From the NCBI GenBank assembly GCA_977020255.1, contig CDROCS010002069.1, positions 62,001 to 126,000 on the forward strand: a stretch of 64,000 bases of DNA. Direction: 5' to 3'. Source of the stretch: Obrimoposthia wandeli (lineage: Eukaryota). Under the pieces are notes generated by a model that saw only the letters and a list, made by a program, of their open reading frames with translations, was not told the origin of the DNA and did not search any database. Positions within the stretch are counted from its first letter, which is position 1; each line of letters starts with the position of its first letter. Shown here in pieces: positions 62,072 through 64,000 of the stretch. The position numbers and the translations under genes were made by a program.

Positions 62072-62560
62072 TTATTTTTCATTAATATTTAAATAATCCA
62101 AACTAGCTGCAAAGCATTTCTTGTATGCACAATGCTCTCCATGTTTAATATATGGACAATTGATATTTGATGGATTTAATTGTTTTAATGTTTTCGAGTA
62201 ATTTATCACTCTAAATTCAGGAAAATATTTATTGATTGTCTTTATTTTAGCTCCATTATTTTCATCCAAAACATAGAAAATTGATTTGGATACATCACAA
62301 CAACGTTTTATTTCCTCAGTTATTTCTTGTATCTTGAAATAACTATTACCATCAACTAGTTTTAGTCGATGGTAATGCTTAATGAGATATCTATTTATTT
62401 TTCTTGATTTTCTATTCATCATGTCCCATATGGGTTGCATTTTAAAAACATAATGTTAAGGATAAAAGATTGCATCCACATCCATTATACATAGTTCTTT
62501 TATTACAAATTCAGTATTATTATCAATAAAGGCTTCAAAATCAATAAAATAAACAGACAT
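62072..62560 (-). pseudogene. Exonuclease-like gene, copy B, with premature TAA
   Basis: Collinear with 4011-4520. YPK has become YP*. Confidence 0.6.
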
Positions 62561-62597
62561 TTTTTATAGCAGTAATTTTATTTGATATTGTTTATAT

Positions 62598-62975
62598 CTA
62601 TTGTTTATGCTTTAACCAAAGCAGACAGAGTTGTCCACATGACTGTGTTAAAATATTTAGATAATGTTTCTTACTAAAATGTACTTTCTTTCCAGAGTCA
62701 AGTACTGTAGATACTAATTTAGAAGGGTAATATATCCCAAAGGGGTCAAAAACAAAGATTTCATTTTCTTTAACATGTATTGCAATCCAATGTTCACCAC
62801 GCAAATTAGATGAATGTGTATTGATTACATATCCACCTAAACGAGTCAAAGAGGGGATATGATCAAGACTGTAGACTCCATTGAAACGCGAACCGAGTAG
62901 TTTTCTTCCGCTTTTTGTTATCTCGTCCGAACTAAAATATATATTAATTAATAAATTCAAACTGACTTACTTCAT
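62598..62975 (-). CDS. Adenain-like protease, copy B. Exons 62971-62975 and 62598-62931
   Basis: Translation is identical to copy A, with the same 39-nt intron. Confidence 0.92.
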
Positions 62976-63004
62976 TTATATCTTCTTTATTGTTTTCATT
63001 CTGT

Positions 63005-64000
63005 TTATACTAGTACTGTTCCTCCCTTGGTAATTTGAACCTCAGAATCGAATACTCCATAGATTATAATATTAGTAGGATGTTCAAGTGCTTTTAAAAA
63101 CTTGATTTCTACTTTCAAATTTCCCTGTTTAGGGATTTGAGCTTGATTAATATCGAAATCAGGAGAGAGAACAAATGTGAACAGTGTATACTTGTCCTTG
63201 AAATCAGTCATTGAAATTCCAATATTAGCATCCTTATCCAAATGACCAAGATTTCTAATTAAAGATTGCACATAAGAAAACACATAATCATTATTTTCAA
63301 AGTTATTCGTATAAGATTCTTGATAATCAATATTTCATGCAAGTTTAATTGAACTCACATTCATGTGTCCAAATTGAGAAACCTCATTTTTAGACTCACC
63401 TCCATAGGTAGACGTGTTTTGGAAAGCAATTAAAACAAAGTTTGGAAGTTGCATATCACCAAAAATCTGATTCTTGTAATAAGATAGTGCCCCCGTAGGG
63501 ATAGCGTGAGAAACAAGATTAGTTTTTCTAATAGGATAACATGCATTTTGCTTCTCCAACCCTATTCAATGTGCAACAAGTACAGATGGTTCCACCTTTA
63601 CTCTACGAACCAGCAGTTTTGCTTCCGTAATCTCAATTGCGGTTTTAATAGTATCGTCGCAAACAACACTAAAACCTACTGGATTTCTCTTCATTCGAAT
63701 ATGTGCACTTACACCGGGTAAAAGATACTTTGGTTGCTTAAAGAAATCCAAATGGAGACTCCCATAAAGTGACAATACTTTAGATTTCGCAATCGAAGCT
63801 GTTCTTCTTTTTTCATCATTGTCAAACCCAATTGCATCAAGATTAATCAATTTCGTATCATTACCGTAATTCAGTAATGTTTCAATCATTGCTTTATGGG
63901 TGTAACTAGTATTATTTCCCTCAACTTTCACATTATTGAGACTGAGAATCACATCCTTGAAAAGAGTATGCAACATGTAATTAGCTGATTTGATATCCAT
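63005..64000 (-). pseudogene. Major capsid protein, copy B (5' part outside the window), with the same two TGA
   Basis: TGA at 63566-63568 and 63335-63337 correspond to those in copy A. Confidence 0.9.

Larger units (their letters stand above)
57743..64000 (-). mobile_element. Polinton/Maverick copy B, same orientation as copy A; right part outside the window
   Basis: 5'-AGTAGGTAG terminus. 59138-64000 is collinear with copy A 1-5960 apart from one deletion of about 1.1 kb. Confidence 0.95.

Noticed and set aside
1-64000. tRNA or rRNA genes; prokaryotic or phage origin
   Set aside because: No cloverleaf or rRNA-like segments were recognised. Spliceosomal introns and eukaryotic transposons indicate animal nuclear DNA.

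Overview
AT-rich animal (probably invertebrate) nuclear DNA, judged from GT-AG introns, an ARGLU1-like gene and many eukaryotic transposons. Both ends of the window are occupied by same-orientation copies of one endogenous Polinton/Maverick (adintovirus-like) element. Copy A runs from before position 1 to its right terminus at 15108, and copy B runs from its left terminus at 57743 off the window end. The element encodes pPolB, a DEDD-like exonuclease, an adenain-like protease, major and minor capsid proteins, an integrase-chromodomain and a packaging ATPase. Its cargo block holds a dual-specificity-phosphatase-like gene, a TBP-like gene and an IAP. Five predicted GT-AG introns restore otherwise broken reading frames. 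The terminal repeats are dense with AGGTCA, TGACGTCA and TTTCGCGC motifs. Both copies are partly decayed and share some stop codons. The 42.6 kb between them holds a third, older Polinton remnant, three related solo LTRs with 4-bp TSDs, five hammerhead-ribozyme motifs in both polarities (likely Penelope-type ends), a tail-anchored host gene, and a 5-exon ARGLU1-like gene whose 15.7 kb intron is filled with transposon debris. All assignments come from motif recognition by eye, with no database search. Boundaries of decayed elements are approximate.
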